A stretch of DNA of 64,000 bases from a virus. The position numbers were made by a program, and so were the translations under genes. The notes under the pieces were generated by a model. It was given only the letters and a program-made list of their open reading frames with translations, did no database searches and had not been told where the DNA came from. Positions 1 through 9,074 of this stretch are shown here, piece by piece; within the stretch, counting starts at the first letter, position 1; each line of letters starts with the position of its first letter. The DNA is taken from positions 31,064-95,063 of IMG/VR virus record IMGVR_UViG_3300009166_000001; one strand, given 5' to 3'.

Positions 1-1
1 G

Positions 2-607
2 GTCATGGTGGAGGATCTGCGACCGCTCCCGAGCCTCCCCTAGATACTGGTCCACTTCCTCCCCGAAGTCGGCTCCCAAGTGGACGATCTGCTCCTCTGG
101 CCGGAACCAATACTTCGTCCCGACCACCGGCTGATCCTCTGTCCCGTGAATCACCACCCGCCAGTTCGAGGTTGCCAGCGTCGTGTCGCTGTCGAGCTTG
201 TAGACCCTCTCGACCACCCACCGCTTGAACGCCAAGTCCTGCGTCTCGATAACCCAGGTCTTCGACGCCTCCTCGATGGGGCTTCCCTTGATGTAGAGTG
301 AGAGCCAACGATTGCCTGGATCGTCCGACTCATGCTGCTCGATGGACACGATCTCGATCTCGTGACGCTGGTTGTACCTCGTCCTGCATGTCCAAGGGTT
401 TCTCAGGTTGAAGAAGTCCCGAATCGACTCCCGCAGCATCTTCACGGACGGGATGATAGTGTTCACGAAGTTCCGCATGAACGACTCGCCCTGCTTCTCG
501 TCCCGGAGCCGTCTCATCTCCGGGATCTGATTCCACAGGACATCGTTCTCCCAGTACCACTCTCCGAAGTAGCCGGAGCCGAACCCACCTATCCCGAATC
601 CAGGCAT
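2..607 (-). CDS. Baseplate wedge / tail protein I-like (P2 gpI, T4 gp7-type), truncated by the left window edge; not in the ORF track
   Basis: ATG at 607 overlaps the upstream TGA (TGATG); frame open to the edge: MPGFGIGGFGSGYFGEWYWENDVLWNQIPEMRRLRDEKQGESFMRNFVNTII...; position in the baseplate module. Confidence 0.65.
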   Translation of the reverse strand, partial: MPGFGIGGFGSGYFGEWYWENDVLWNQIPEMRRLRDEKQGESFMRNFVNTIIPSVKMLRESIRDFFNLRNPWTCRTRYNQRHEIEIVSIEQHESDDPGNRWLSLYIKGSPIEEASKTWVIETQDLAFKRWVVERVYKLDSDTTLATSNWRVVIHGTEDQPVVGTKYWFRPEEQIVHLGADFGEEVDQYLGEARERSQILHHD

Positions 608-2430
608 CAGTCAGCCGCGAATATCTGAACGTAGATTTCATCGCCGGGGATGTTGGGATCGTTGAGGTTCCACGCTACACCTGTGTCGTATCTGTAGGCT
701 ATATCCAGTGTCGCAGGTGGTCCCGGAGCCTTCGACACCACATGGACCATCCTGCCCGTCGCAGGTATCACGCTCCCATGCGAGAACCCCAGCGCAACCG
801 AGTAGTTCGAGTCCTGCACCCAATCGTTGCCATCCTCGTCCAGATCGAACGTCAGACGGTAGTGACCGGCTCCTATCGTCGCCACAGAATCAAAGCCGTA
901 GCTGTCCGTCATCACGAGCGCAACGCCGTTCCACTGAAGCGTTGCCCATGCTCGCGGCGTGTTCTGCTCGAACAGGGCTTGCCTGTGCCTCGTGTTTCCC
1001 ACAGGCCCCACCCCAGCCTTGACGCCGATATCTCCTTCCATCTCAAAGAGAGGATGCGGAGCCACGGCAGGCCCGTTCTTACGTCGCACTACTATCGACC
1101 GTCCACCACCCGCCACTCCCGCGGCCGGAAGGATTGTCCCCGCTACCAATTCCCAATCGATGATCTGCACCTGCGTCGGGTTCGGGAACACATCCCATGC
1201 CCAGTCCCGGATCCGCAGCACCGATGCACTCACTGGCTGCATCACGTGCTCGTTCGCATCCACGGACGGATCCAACTGCGGTCCCCGCCCCTCCAGTACC
1301 TCCATCTCGAAGTCGTCGAAGTAGAAGTAGACGTTCGCCCCCGTGTTGTCCGTATGGATGATCGTCAGGATCGGCAGCGCGTAGACGATGTTCCTGCCGT
1401 CGATTACATGGACCTCGTTCTCCAGCTTCGTCCATGCCGTCGCAGCACCACCTACCCCTATCGCCAGAAGTGCCGACACCGCCCCCGGAGCAGGCACAAT
1501 GTTCCCGTCCTTGTCGAGATACATGATGCCATAGCCAAGGGTCCAGTTCCCGCCTCCCCCCAATGCCACCGGCACCTTGTACTGGAACGAAAACCTGATG
1601 ACATCGCCACCCTTGACGTGCGTGAGCATCTTGTGAGACAGAACCAACGTGGTCGGCACTCCAGCCGTGTCCGACTTCGCGTTCACCACGAAATGCAGAT
1701 CCCCGGACGGAGGGGCCGGATCTACGTCGTCCACCGTCATGTAGCCGTTGTCCTGCGGCAGCACATCCAGGAAGGCAGGACTCGACTGCTTCCACTCCTC
1801 TACGAGCTTGTTCCCGAGCGCGTGCAGGCCCATGTACTCGTCCGCACGCCCGAACCGGATCATCTTCTGCCAGTCGATCCGTCCCTTGCTCTCGTAGTTC
1901 CGAGCGATCTGCCTTACCGCCGCCGGACTCCCACCCGTCGTCAGGGAGTAGTCCGACACGCCCAGGTTCGGAGTTCCAGCCGGGTTCGGATCGATGTCCG
2001 TCGCACCACTGTAGTTGACCCACCCGATCACCGCGATCCGTCCGGAGTACGTCGGGTTCGAAAGCTCTGCCGTCGTCAGGATGTAGATCCGGGCATCGGT
2101 CAAGGCTCCGATGCTGTAGTCGGTCCACGCCACGATCCAGTATTGCCCCGGTGCAAGAGCCGACATGTCGATAGTGATCGGTCCATCCACGATCAACGTC
2201 ATGATCCTGTTGTCCGCGTTCCGGAGGCAGATCACGCTATCGAGCTTCACTGGATCCACCAGAAGCCTGAACTGCGTCTTGGAAGCGGGAGATTGAGCCG
2301 CCAACTCGAAGCCCCTCACGATGCCGTGAGACTCAGCCGTGAGCTTCTTGTTGATGCCCTCGCTGACGTATCGCTCCTCCCACCGGAGCTTCTTCTGCGG
2401 ATCCGTGAACAAGTAGACGGAAGTAGCCAT
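607..2430 (-). CDS. Tail fibre / baseplate-attached protein with a central carbohydrate-binding-module-like domain
   Basis: 607 aa; CBM-like segment (VKGGDVIRFSFQYKV...WTKLENEV...FYFDDFEMEV); fibre-type C-terminus (PRAWATLQWNG...IGAGHYRLTF...DSNYSV); GAGGTG RBS. Confidence 0.6.
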   Translation of the reverse strand: MATSVYLFTDPQKKLRWEERYVSEGINKKLTAESHGIVRGFELAAQSPASKTQFRLLVDPVKLDSVICLRNADNRIMTLIVDGPITIDMSALAPGQYWIVAWTDYSIGALTDARIYILTTAELSNPTYSGRIAVIGWVNYSGATDIDPNPAGTPNLGVSDYSLTTGGSPAAVRQIARNYESKGRIDWQKMIRFGRADEYMGLHALGNKLVEEWKQSSPAFLDVLPQDNGYMTVDDVDPAPPSGDLHFVVNAKSDTAGVPTTLVLSHKMLTHVKGGDVIRFSFQYKVPVALGGGGNWTLGYGIMYLDKDGNIVPAPGAVSALLAIGVGGAATAWTKLENEVHVIDGRNIVYALPILTIIHTDNTGANVYFYFDDFEMEVLEGRGPQLDPSVDANEHVMQPVSASVLRIRDWAWDVFPNPTQVQIIDWELVAGTILPAAGVAGGGRSIVVRRKNGPAVAPHPLFEMEGDIGVKAGVGPVGNTRHRQALFEQNTPRAWATLQWNGVALVMTDSYGFDSVATIGAGHYRLTFDLDEDGNDWVQDSNYSVALGFSHGSVIPATGRMVHVVSKAPGPPATLDIAYRYDTGVAWNLNDPNIPGDEIYVQIFAAD

Positions 2431-2443
2431 CGATCACCTCGAA

Positions 2444-2459
2444 TGTTTCACGTGAAACA
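2444..2459. promoter_or_regulatory. parS: parS centromere-like site (ParB loading site)
   Basis: Perfect 16-bp palindrome TGTTTCACGTGAAACA, identical to the canonical bacterial parS consensus, in a 47-bp intergenic gap. Confidence 0.85.
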
Positions 2460-2472
2460 ATCCTTGCCCCAT

Positions 2473-2486
2473 TGCAATCAATTGCA
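2473..2486. repeat. Dispersed 14-bp motif, copy 1 (TGCAATCAATTGCA)
   Basis: Exact; spans the stop of the 69-aa gene; 13 bp from parS. Confidence 0.9.
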
Positions 2487-2687
2487 AGTCGCCTGCGGGA
2501 TCCACGTCTCTCCGTCGTAGACCATCAGCCGCTTCGGCTCGTCAGTCGAGAGATACCTGTCCCCCGCCTTGGGGGTCCCGAAGTGCTTCGTGGCAGCCTT
2601 GTCATCGGCCACATCGGGAACGTCGATCCCCTTTCCTCGAAGCAGCCCCGCTATCGTCTGCGCGTCCATTCTGATCTGCATCTTCAT
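2478..2687 (-). CDS. Small tail-associated protein
   Basis: 69 aa, GAGGAGG RBS; C-terminal PKAGDRYLSTDEPKRLMVYDGETW motif typical of fibre knob repeats. Confidence 0.6.
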   Translation of the reverse strand: MKMQIRMDAQTIAGLLRGKGIDVPDVADDKAATKHFGTPKAGDRYLSTDEPKRLMVYDGETWIPQATCN

Positions 2688-2699
2688 GGCTGTCCTCCT

Positions 2700-4016
2700 C
2701 TACGGATGCACCGTGTCCGACTGGTCCACCCACCCACGCCCCGTCTGGTAAGTCAGCACGCATCCAGGCCCCGGAACCGCCGGATTTCCCTGCTGTGCAT
2801 CTACCGCTTGGAACCTCATTCCCGGAGGCGGCGTCACTCCTACCGCCGTGAGCCTCTGATCCGCCCCGAACTTGGTCCCGGACGAGAATTCCAGATCGAG
2901 CATCTGCATGATCGTCATCCCGGCTGCCGACCATCCAGCCCCACCGTGCCCAGTAGGCACCCCGATCCCATCTATGGACACGTCGTCCTGGATCATGATG
3001 CACGTCGCATCTGCGTCTACTGCCCTACCGCCTGCTCCAGGTCCCCCGAACGATGCCACCCCTCGAAGGAGAGCCGTCGCACCGTTCCGCATCTTCAGGA
3101 TGTTGTGGCCATCGAGCATCATGCCCGATCCGATGAACGCACCCCCATCCACGTCCACAGCGGATCCACCACCTGCCATGTCGCATGAGAAGTTCACCTG
3201 CGACACGAATGCTTGTCCCCCACCCCTGATCACCAGGAAGTCGGTTGATCCTGCGAATCCTATTGGCGCTCCACCGCCACCGATGTACCATGCCAGCCCA
3301 CCACCATCCACGAAGATTGCCGGTCCCCCCGGCACGTATCCATCCACCCCACACGAGAGCATGATCACCTGCGATGGCCCCGTGTTGTCGATCCAGAGCC
3401 CCATCGCTCCGTTCACCCCAGCACAGACCACCTCCAGGATGAATGTCTCGCTATAGAGCACCCCCGCGTCCGCGATGAAGCGTAGGGCCGCGTCTGCCGG
3501 GTTGGCAGACGTGGACACCACATTGATGCCCTTCAGTCCGCTATTCTGTGCTGGCATCGTGAGAGTCACCCCGGACGGAGAAGACAGCCTCGTGTCCCGT
3601 CCAATGCTCCCGCCCCGCAGGTACACGAAGGGAGGCACTACCACGTTCTCCACGAAGTCATCCGGCGGTAGCTCGATCACGAACCTGTTGTTCGCCGCTG
3701 CCTCCGATGCCACCGCGTCGATGGCTGCCTGGACCGTAGAATAGTCAGCCCGGAAGGTCCTCTTCGATGGCCTCTTGATCCCCGTAATCTCCAGGAGCTT
3801 CGAGTAGTAGCCCCGGAAATACTTCTCCAGCCTGTCCGGCGTGAAGTCTACATCGATCTCGTCCCGCTCGATCTGCTTCTCGATCTCACGGAAGTCCTCG
3901 TTCGGAAAGAAGGTCCAGGGCAACGATCCTTGCCCGTAGGCGTTCAGCTTCATCTGCTGAAAAGGTGGCGGCGCGTACCGCTGATAGGCCGTCTTGTTCG
4001 TGATCCTTATCTGCAT
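2700..4016 (-). CDS. Tailspike-like protein with pectin-lyase/beta-helix fold
   Basis: 438 aa; YSTVQAAIDA...VIELPPDDFVENVVVPPFVYLRG beta-helix entry motif; Gly-rich beta repeats. Confidence 0.6.
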   Translation of the reverse strand: MQIRITNKTAYQRYAPPPFQQMKLNAYGQGSLPWTFFPNEDFREIEKQIERDEIDVDFTPDRLEKYFRGYYSKLLEITGIKRPSKRTFRADYSTVQAAIDAVASEAAANNRFVIELPPDDFVENVVVPPFVYLRGGSIGRDTRLSSPSGVTLTMPAQNSGLKGINVVSTSANPADAALRFIADAGVLYSETFILEVVCAGVNGAMGLWIDNTGPSQVIMLSCGVDGYVPGGPAIFVDGGGLAWYIGGGGAPIGFAGSTDFLVIRGGGQAFVSQVNFSCDMAGGGSAVDVDGGAFIGSGMMLDGHNILKMRNGATALLRGVASFGGPGAGGRAVDADATCIMIQDDVSIDGIGVPTGHGGAGWSAAGMTIMQMLDLEFSSGTKFGADQRLTAVGVTPPPGMRFQAVDAQQGNPAVPGPGCVLTYQTGRGWVDQSDTVHP

Positions 4017-4073
4017 GTCCTACCTCATCATCCCCACACTCATCTTCACCGGAAACGTCCCCGGTTGCAAGCC

Positions 4074-4328
4074 TTACGGCTTCTCTTCCAGCATCGCAAC
4101 CGCTCCGTGCTGGACCACCTCGTACTCCTTCTCAGGCGTCCCACGGAATAGCCGTGCCACCACCCCGTCCTTTCGCTGGCACATCTTGTAGAAGGTCATT
4201 CCCACCAGCGCCTCGATGCCCTTGTCCTGGAGCATCAGATCCTTCGAAGTACCGGCAGCCACCTCTCCACGGAAAGGCCATGGCGTTGCCAGTGCGCTTG
4301 TTCCACCGTTCTCTATGTGAAGCCTCAT
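4074..4328 (-). CDS. Hypothetical virion-module protein
   Basis: 84 aa, AGGAGG RBS directly after the tailspike stop. Confidence 0.65.
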   Translation of the reverse strand: MRLHIENGGTSALATPWPFRGEVAAGTSKDLMLQDKGIEALVGMTFYKMCQRKDGVVARLFRGTPEKEYEVVQHGAVAMLEEKP

Positions 4329-4337
4329 CTTGTCCTC

Positions 4338-7300
4338 CTAGACGAACGCTACCCCGTTCCAGTTGTTCGGTACAGGCCCCGGCACGTAGGATCCTAGCAG
4401 CGCAGCTAGGTTGTCCACTCCAGGCACCGCTGGCGTCCCGAACACGTTGGCCCAGACCGTCATGTTCGGGCCGAACGTCCCAAGACCGATGGCGTAGAAT
4501 CCGAGGTCGTATGGACCTAGCGCGACACCGTGCGGGTCGATCTTATTCGAGTGAACGTGCAGATCCCCGCAGGACAGGACCGCGTTCGCCTCGAACCTCA
4601 GCGAGTCGATACCGAACACCGCTGTCGGTCCCCGCAGTACATTGTCGTGGACGCTCCCGAACTGGCAGTCCCGGATCTTCACCAGGGCATCTACCGAAGC
4701 AGGATTCGGATAGCACCTGTCGATCACGTTGTCGTGGACATCGATGTGATTGCAGAGATTCAGCAGGATCCCGCTGCCCTCCGCAATCAGACCATCGAAT
4801 CCGTACTGGACGTTCCCTGCCACATGCACCACGTCCACATCGTCAATGTCCACGAAGGCAGACAGGAACTCCCCATACGACTCGTTCTGGTCCACGACCA
4901 CGTTACGAAGACCACCGGCCATCGAGGACACGATGATCCCGTAGCTGGGCTCCGACCCATCGGAGAACCTGATCTGGTTCTCCTTGACCTCGAAGTTCCG
5001 TCCATCGGCCAGGATCAGGATGTACTGCACTCCCTGCTCCAGATCCCTGTCGCACTGGTTCCCAATTACCTCCAACTCGTTGATCGTCGGCGTGTCGGCC
5101 TGCATGATCATCATGCCACCAAGCAAGGCATAGCCCACAGGCTTCACCGCGCTCGTCCCGGAGCCGATCCGGTTCCTGTTGAACTGGAGTCTCGACTGCT
5201 GGATCCCGAGGCTCTGCTGATCCGCGTACAGGATCGCCCAGCAGTTCACGGCAGTCGCAAGGTTCACGTACACCCCATAGACCGCGTTGCCGTTCACCTT
5301 CACCATCGACCCGGACCCGCAGTAGACCCCGAACGACACATACTCCCCGATCACGCTCCCGATACTGTTGTCCGAGATCGACACGTCCTCTACGTAGGTC
5401 GGAGTCGCTCCTCCACCGCTCTGAAGCGACCCTATCCCGAACGAGAACGCCGCTCCGCTCGCGCCACCGATCCCCTCGATGCTGTTGTGATCCGCCGTCA
5501 CCTGCCTCACCGGATTCCGCAGGTAGATCCCGTGGAACTCCGTGTTGGTCGTAGGTGCCGTCGCCAACACCTGCTCGATCTCGTTCCCGTCGAAGTGGCA
5601 GTTCCTCATGTGCCTGCTCGTCAGGCTCAGGGCTACCTCCTTCACCGGCCCGATTCCGCAGCACAGATCATGTCCGTCCGGTCCAGTCTCCAAGTTCACG
5701 TACACCCCGTAGATCCAGTTGTCTTTAGCCTGGACACTGAATACGTCGTCCGACCCCGGACCCGAGGGACTGTACCTGATGCCCCAGGCCCCGTACTCCT
5801 CGAACAACACCCTCCCAACGTCGGTGCGCTCGAAGTTCATGTTCACCCCGTAGATCCGGTTATGAACCACGGTGGACTGCGGGTACACGTGGATCCCGAA
5901 TGACAGGCAGTTCTTCACCTCGTTCCCCTCGATGACCCCATGGCCCCGAATGCCGTTCCCGTAGTTCTGTCCGTCAACCGAGCATCCCCGGATCGACACG
6001 TCTGGCACGGCGTAGGGGACATCGATCCCGAGGCCAGGGAACCCGTCCACCACGCACCCGTCGATCTTCACCACGGATGCAGCCAGCACCCTGATCCCGT
6101 AGGTCGTCCCTGCAAGGCTGGCGAACGATGGCCCGAACACGTGATTCTCCGCTATCGAGACTCGTCCACCAGAGATCCTCACTCCCGCAGCCCATGCAAT
6201 CGCGTCACCATGCAGCACGCACGAGGTCCGCGAGAAGTCCATCGACCCGTTCGTGACTAGGCCAACGAGCACGTTGGAGGTCTCCGTCGCGTCGTAGTCC
6301 GGCCCGTCGATGTAGCTGTCTCTCAGGATCGCTGGAGTTGCCCTGACATCGACCCACAACTGGCTGGCAACCAGCGACCCACTCAGGTTGCTCCCGAACG
6401 TGAAGCACCCGTCCAGGATCGCTCCTCCATCGGCACCACCGCTCCCGAGCTTCAGCGCGTGGCAATGCTCCGAGATCACCTGCGTATCGTGGATCAGCAG
6501 GCCGTCCACGTGCAGGGCGAACATCCCGTAGCCGTTCGGGTACAGGACTCCAGGCCCCCCGAATCCTGTCGTTGCCCACACGACGCTCCGGTCGATACTG
6601 GACGAGTACACCCAGCCCGGAACCCGGATTCCGCTGTCCTGACCCATGATCAGCGTGTCCACGATGGTCACTCCGGTCATGTCCGTCTCGAAGTACATGC
6701 CCGCTGCCGCTACTCCGTGCGCTCCCTCGTCCCACCCCATGATCAGGCACCGGCTGAACACCACCTCCGGCTTCGAGAAGGCAGAGGCCGTCTGCCCCAG
6801 GACACCGCAGCACCCCTCTCCTATCACGATCACGTCCTCGAACACCGTCTTGCCGATCAGAGCCACCTGTGACGTGCTGGACGGCCCTACGAGCCCCACC
6901 GCAGCCCGTTCCGAAATGTCCCCTCTCGCGTACACCATGACGTTCCGAAGCGAGTTCCCGTGCCCCACGAGCAGCATCACGGGGTAGGGCGCGGCCGGGA
7001 AGGTCGTCGTCTCCGGCGTGGCGTTCGCATGGAATCCGATCACCGAGTACCCGGACCCCGCAATCTCCGTGTCCGGTGGCACCTGGAGCCAGTGCCTCTC
7101 CTCCGTGTACCCCACCACCTCCACGATCCTGCCCCACCTCTTGATCAGGGCCGGTCCCCCTACCTCGTCATTGCCCCACTCGTGAGGCATGGCGTTGATG
7201 TACCTGAACGCCGCGTCCAAGCATCCGAACTGCGCCTCCGTCTCGTTCAGCAACGGCAGGCTGGCGAACGGCACGAAGTTCGCTGTCGCCCAGTCCGTCC

Positions 7301-9065
7301 TCAGTCCTACCGTCAGGTTGTTCTTCAGCGCAGCCTTCGTCACGTTCCGTCGAAGGTCGCATAGGGTCGCCTCGTCTATCGTGGCCGGTCCCCCGCTCCC
7401 CTGCTGGAACACGTACAGCGGAACTCCCCTCGTCGGCTTGTCCAACTGCCCCGTCAGGTGCCTGTCCTGGAACAAGCTCCCACCCATGATCCAGGCCAGC
7501 GGGTTCGAGGTGCCGTCCCACATCGTCGGGAAAGCCGTCGCTGCCGTGATCTTCAGCGTCTCGTCGGACAAGTCCCACCAGAGGTAGTAGTCGGTCGCTG
7601 CCAACGGCAGATTCAGGCTGAACACCTGCCCACCCCGAACGTAGAGTTGCCCATCTACGAGCAGCTTCCCACCGGAGATTGCGAGCGTTCCCAGGATGCT
7701 GTCGTAGACCAGCCCGAAGTTGACCTCATTGAACTCGGACATCGGCAATGGGCTCGGACCCATCCTTCCCGACCACGCCGCGTCATGATCGAAGATGACC
7801 CCGGACGTGGACACCGTACCCACCCTCTCCGCGATGTAGTGCAGAAAGTCGTCCCCTACGATGGACTCCCCGATGTTCCCCCACCTCCGCTCATTGAGCA
7901 CGTTGGACGCGGCTCCGTAGCCCCACTGGACGAACAGTCCATCCATCCAGGCTACCGCCGTCCCGATCATGAAGTACGCCTTCTCGTCTATCTCCGGCAG
8001 GAAGGTCAGAGCCACGCTCAGAGGCGGCACCGCATCGATCAGCGTCCAGTCGAACTGCCCCGGAAGCACTCCTGGCGTCGGGAAGTACACGTCGATCCAG
8101 TTCACCCCGTCCGCTGCGTACAGCCGGTAGACCCCCTCCGGAAGCCCCGCTGTCGGAACCAGAAGCGCCGGTCCCCCACCAAACCGTACCTGCCAGTAGT
8201 TCGCTGCCACCACCGTCCTGAACTCGATACTTCCTCCCCCCGGCAGGATGCTCCTGGAGCACTGGACCACCCAGAACCGACCGATGGCGGCTGGCTGCGA
8301 GTACGTCACCCGCTGCTGGAACTGCGGATCCCCCGCATCTGCCATGTACGCCCTGTAAAGCCTTACGTCGTTCGCCCCAAGGCCCGGATTCACGAACGAG
8401 AACACCGCCGCAGGCTGCGTCCTCTCCCGTCCGTTCACGTAGTACGAGTCCCCACCCGGCACCGCTGCCACGTCCAGGGTATCGTCTACTGCCCCGCCAC
8501 CGTCCGTCACGGACACCGCCAAGGCCCCCGTGGCTGTCGTGGAGCGCACGATGCCGTTCGTGTGCATGTGCCTCTGATGCTTCTCCAGATCCGCTGCCCC
8601 ACCACCGCCACCGATCAGGAAGATGTCGAACGAGTCCCCGTCCTCCATCTTCACCCCGCTCCGGAAGTAGAGATTCGAGCCCGACCGGACACAGATCACG
8701 CATCCCTCGTCCGTCTGCTCGCACGCCGCTCTTGATTCCAGGGTCGAAATGGTAGCCGTCCCCTGCGGCCACCTCTGAATGAACGCCACGAACATCTCAC
8801 CATCGTTGATGACGATGCTGTCCGCATCCACCTTCCATCGCCCACCCGACTGTGCCCCTACGAGGTAGAACGGATCCGTCCAGGAGAGCGTCGATGTCCC
8901 CGCGTTCCAGGTGAACACCGCATCGGAGTACATGATCAGGTTCCGGTCTTCCCGGTGCGCGAACATGTGCGAGTCGATGGACAGCAATGCCGACTGGAAG
9001 GCGTTGTACCAGTCCGTCTCGTTCTTGTTCGGGTACGGAATACCCATCCGTGGCGTACTAGGCAT
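4338..9065 (-). CDS. Large tail fibre/tailspike with right-handed beta-helix (possible depolymerase)
   Basis: 1575 aa; N-terminal TPRMGIPYP attachment motif; long C-terminal run of IxGNxI/V beta-helix rungs. Confidence 0.75.
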   Translation of the reverse strand: MPSTPRMGIPYPNKNETDWYNAFQSALLSIDSHMFAHREDRNLIMYSDAVFTWNAGTSTLSWTDPFYLVGAQSGGRWKVDADSIVINDGEMFVAFIQRWPQGTATISTLESRAACEQTDEGCVICVRSGSNLYFRSGVKMEDGDSFDIFLIGGGGGAADLEKHQRHMHTNGIVRSTTATGALAVSVTDGGGAVDDTLDVAAVPGGDSYYVNGRERTQPAAVFSFVNPGLGANDVRLYRAYMADAGDPQFQQRVTYSQPAAIGRFWVVQCSRSILPGGGSIEFRTVVAANYWQVRFGGGPALLVPTAGLPEGVYRLYAADGVNWIDVYFPTPGVLPGQFDWTLIDAVPPLSVALTFLPEIDEKAYFMIGTAVAWMDGLFVQWGYGAASNVLNERRWGNIGESIVGDDFLHYIAERVGTVSTSGVIFDHDAAWSGRMGPSPLPMSEFNEVNFGLVYDSILGTLAISGGKLLVDGQLYVRGGQVFSLNLPLAATDYYLWWDLSDETLKITAATAFPTMWDGTSNPLAWIMGGSLFQDRHLTGQLDKPTRGVPLYVFQQGSGGPATIDEATLCDLRRNVTKAALKNNLTVGLRTDWATANFVPFASLPLLNETEAQFGCLDAAFRYINAMPHEWGNDEVGGPALIKRWGRIVEVVGYTEERHWLQVPPDTEIAGSGYSVIGFHANATPETTTFPAAPYPVMLLVGHGNSLRNVMVYARGDISERAAVGLVGPSSTSQVALIGKTVFEDVIVIGEGCCGVLGQTASAFSKPEVVFSRCLIMGWDEGAHGVAAAGMYFETDMTGVTIVDTLIMGQDSGIRVPGWVYSSSIDRSVVWATTGFGGPGVLYPNGYGMFALHVDGLLIHDTQVISEHCHALKLGSGGADGGAILDGCFTFGSNLSGSLVASQLWVDVRATPAILRDSYIDGPDYDATETSNVLVGLVTNGSMDFSRTSCVLHGDAIAWAAGVRISGGRVSIAENHVFGPSFASLAGTTYGIRVLAASVVKIDGCVVDGFPGLGIDVPYAVPDVSIRGCSVDGQNYGNGIRGHGVIEGNEVKNCLSFGIHVYPQSTVVHNRIYGVNMNFERTDVGRVLFEEYGAWGIRYSPSGPGSDDVFSVQAKDNWIYGVYVNLETGPDGHDLCCGIGPVKEVALSLTSRHMRNCHFDGNEIEQVLATAPTTNTEFHGIYLRNPVRQVTADHNSIEGIGGASGAAFSFGIGSLQSGGGATPTYVEDVSISDNSIGSVIGEYVSFGVYCGSGSMVKVNGNAVYGVYVNLATAVNCWAILYADQQSLGIQQSRLQFNRNRIGSGTSAVKPVGYALLGGMMIMQADTPTINELEVIGNQCDRDLEQGVQYILILADGRNFEVKENQIRFSDGSEPSYGIIVSSMAGGLRNVVVDQNESYGEFLSAFVDIDDVDVVHVAGNVQYGFDGLIAEGSGILLNLCNHIDVHDNVIDRCYPNPASVDALVKIRDCQFGSVHDNVLRGPTAVFGIDSLRFEANAVLSCGDLHVHSNKIDPHGVALGPYDLGFYAIGLGTFGPNMTVWANVFGTPAVPGVDNLAALLGSYVPGPVPNNWNGVAFV

Positions 9066-9074
9066 GGCTCACCC

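Noticed and set aside
4017-4076. Stop-codon readthrough of the 84-aa gene or genome-wide recoding
   Set aside because: Only 17 extra codons; TAA, TAG and TGA all end full-length conserved genes in the window.
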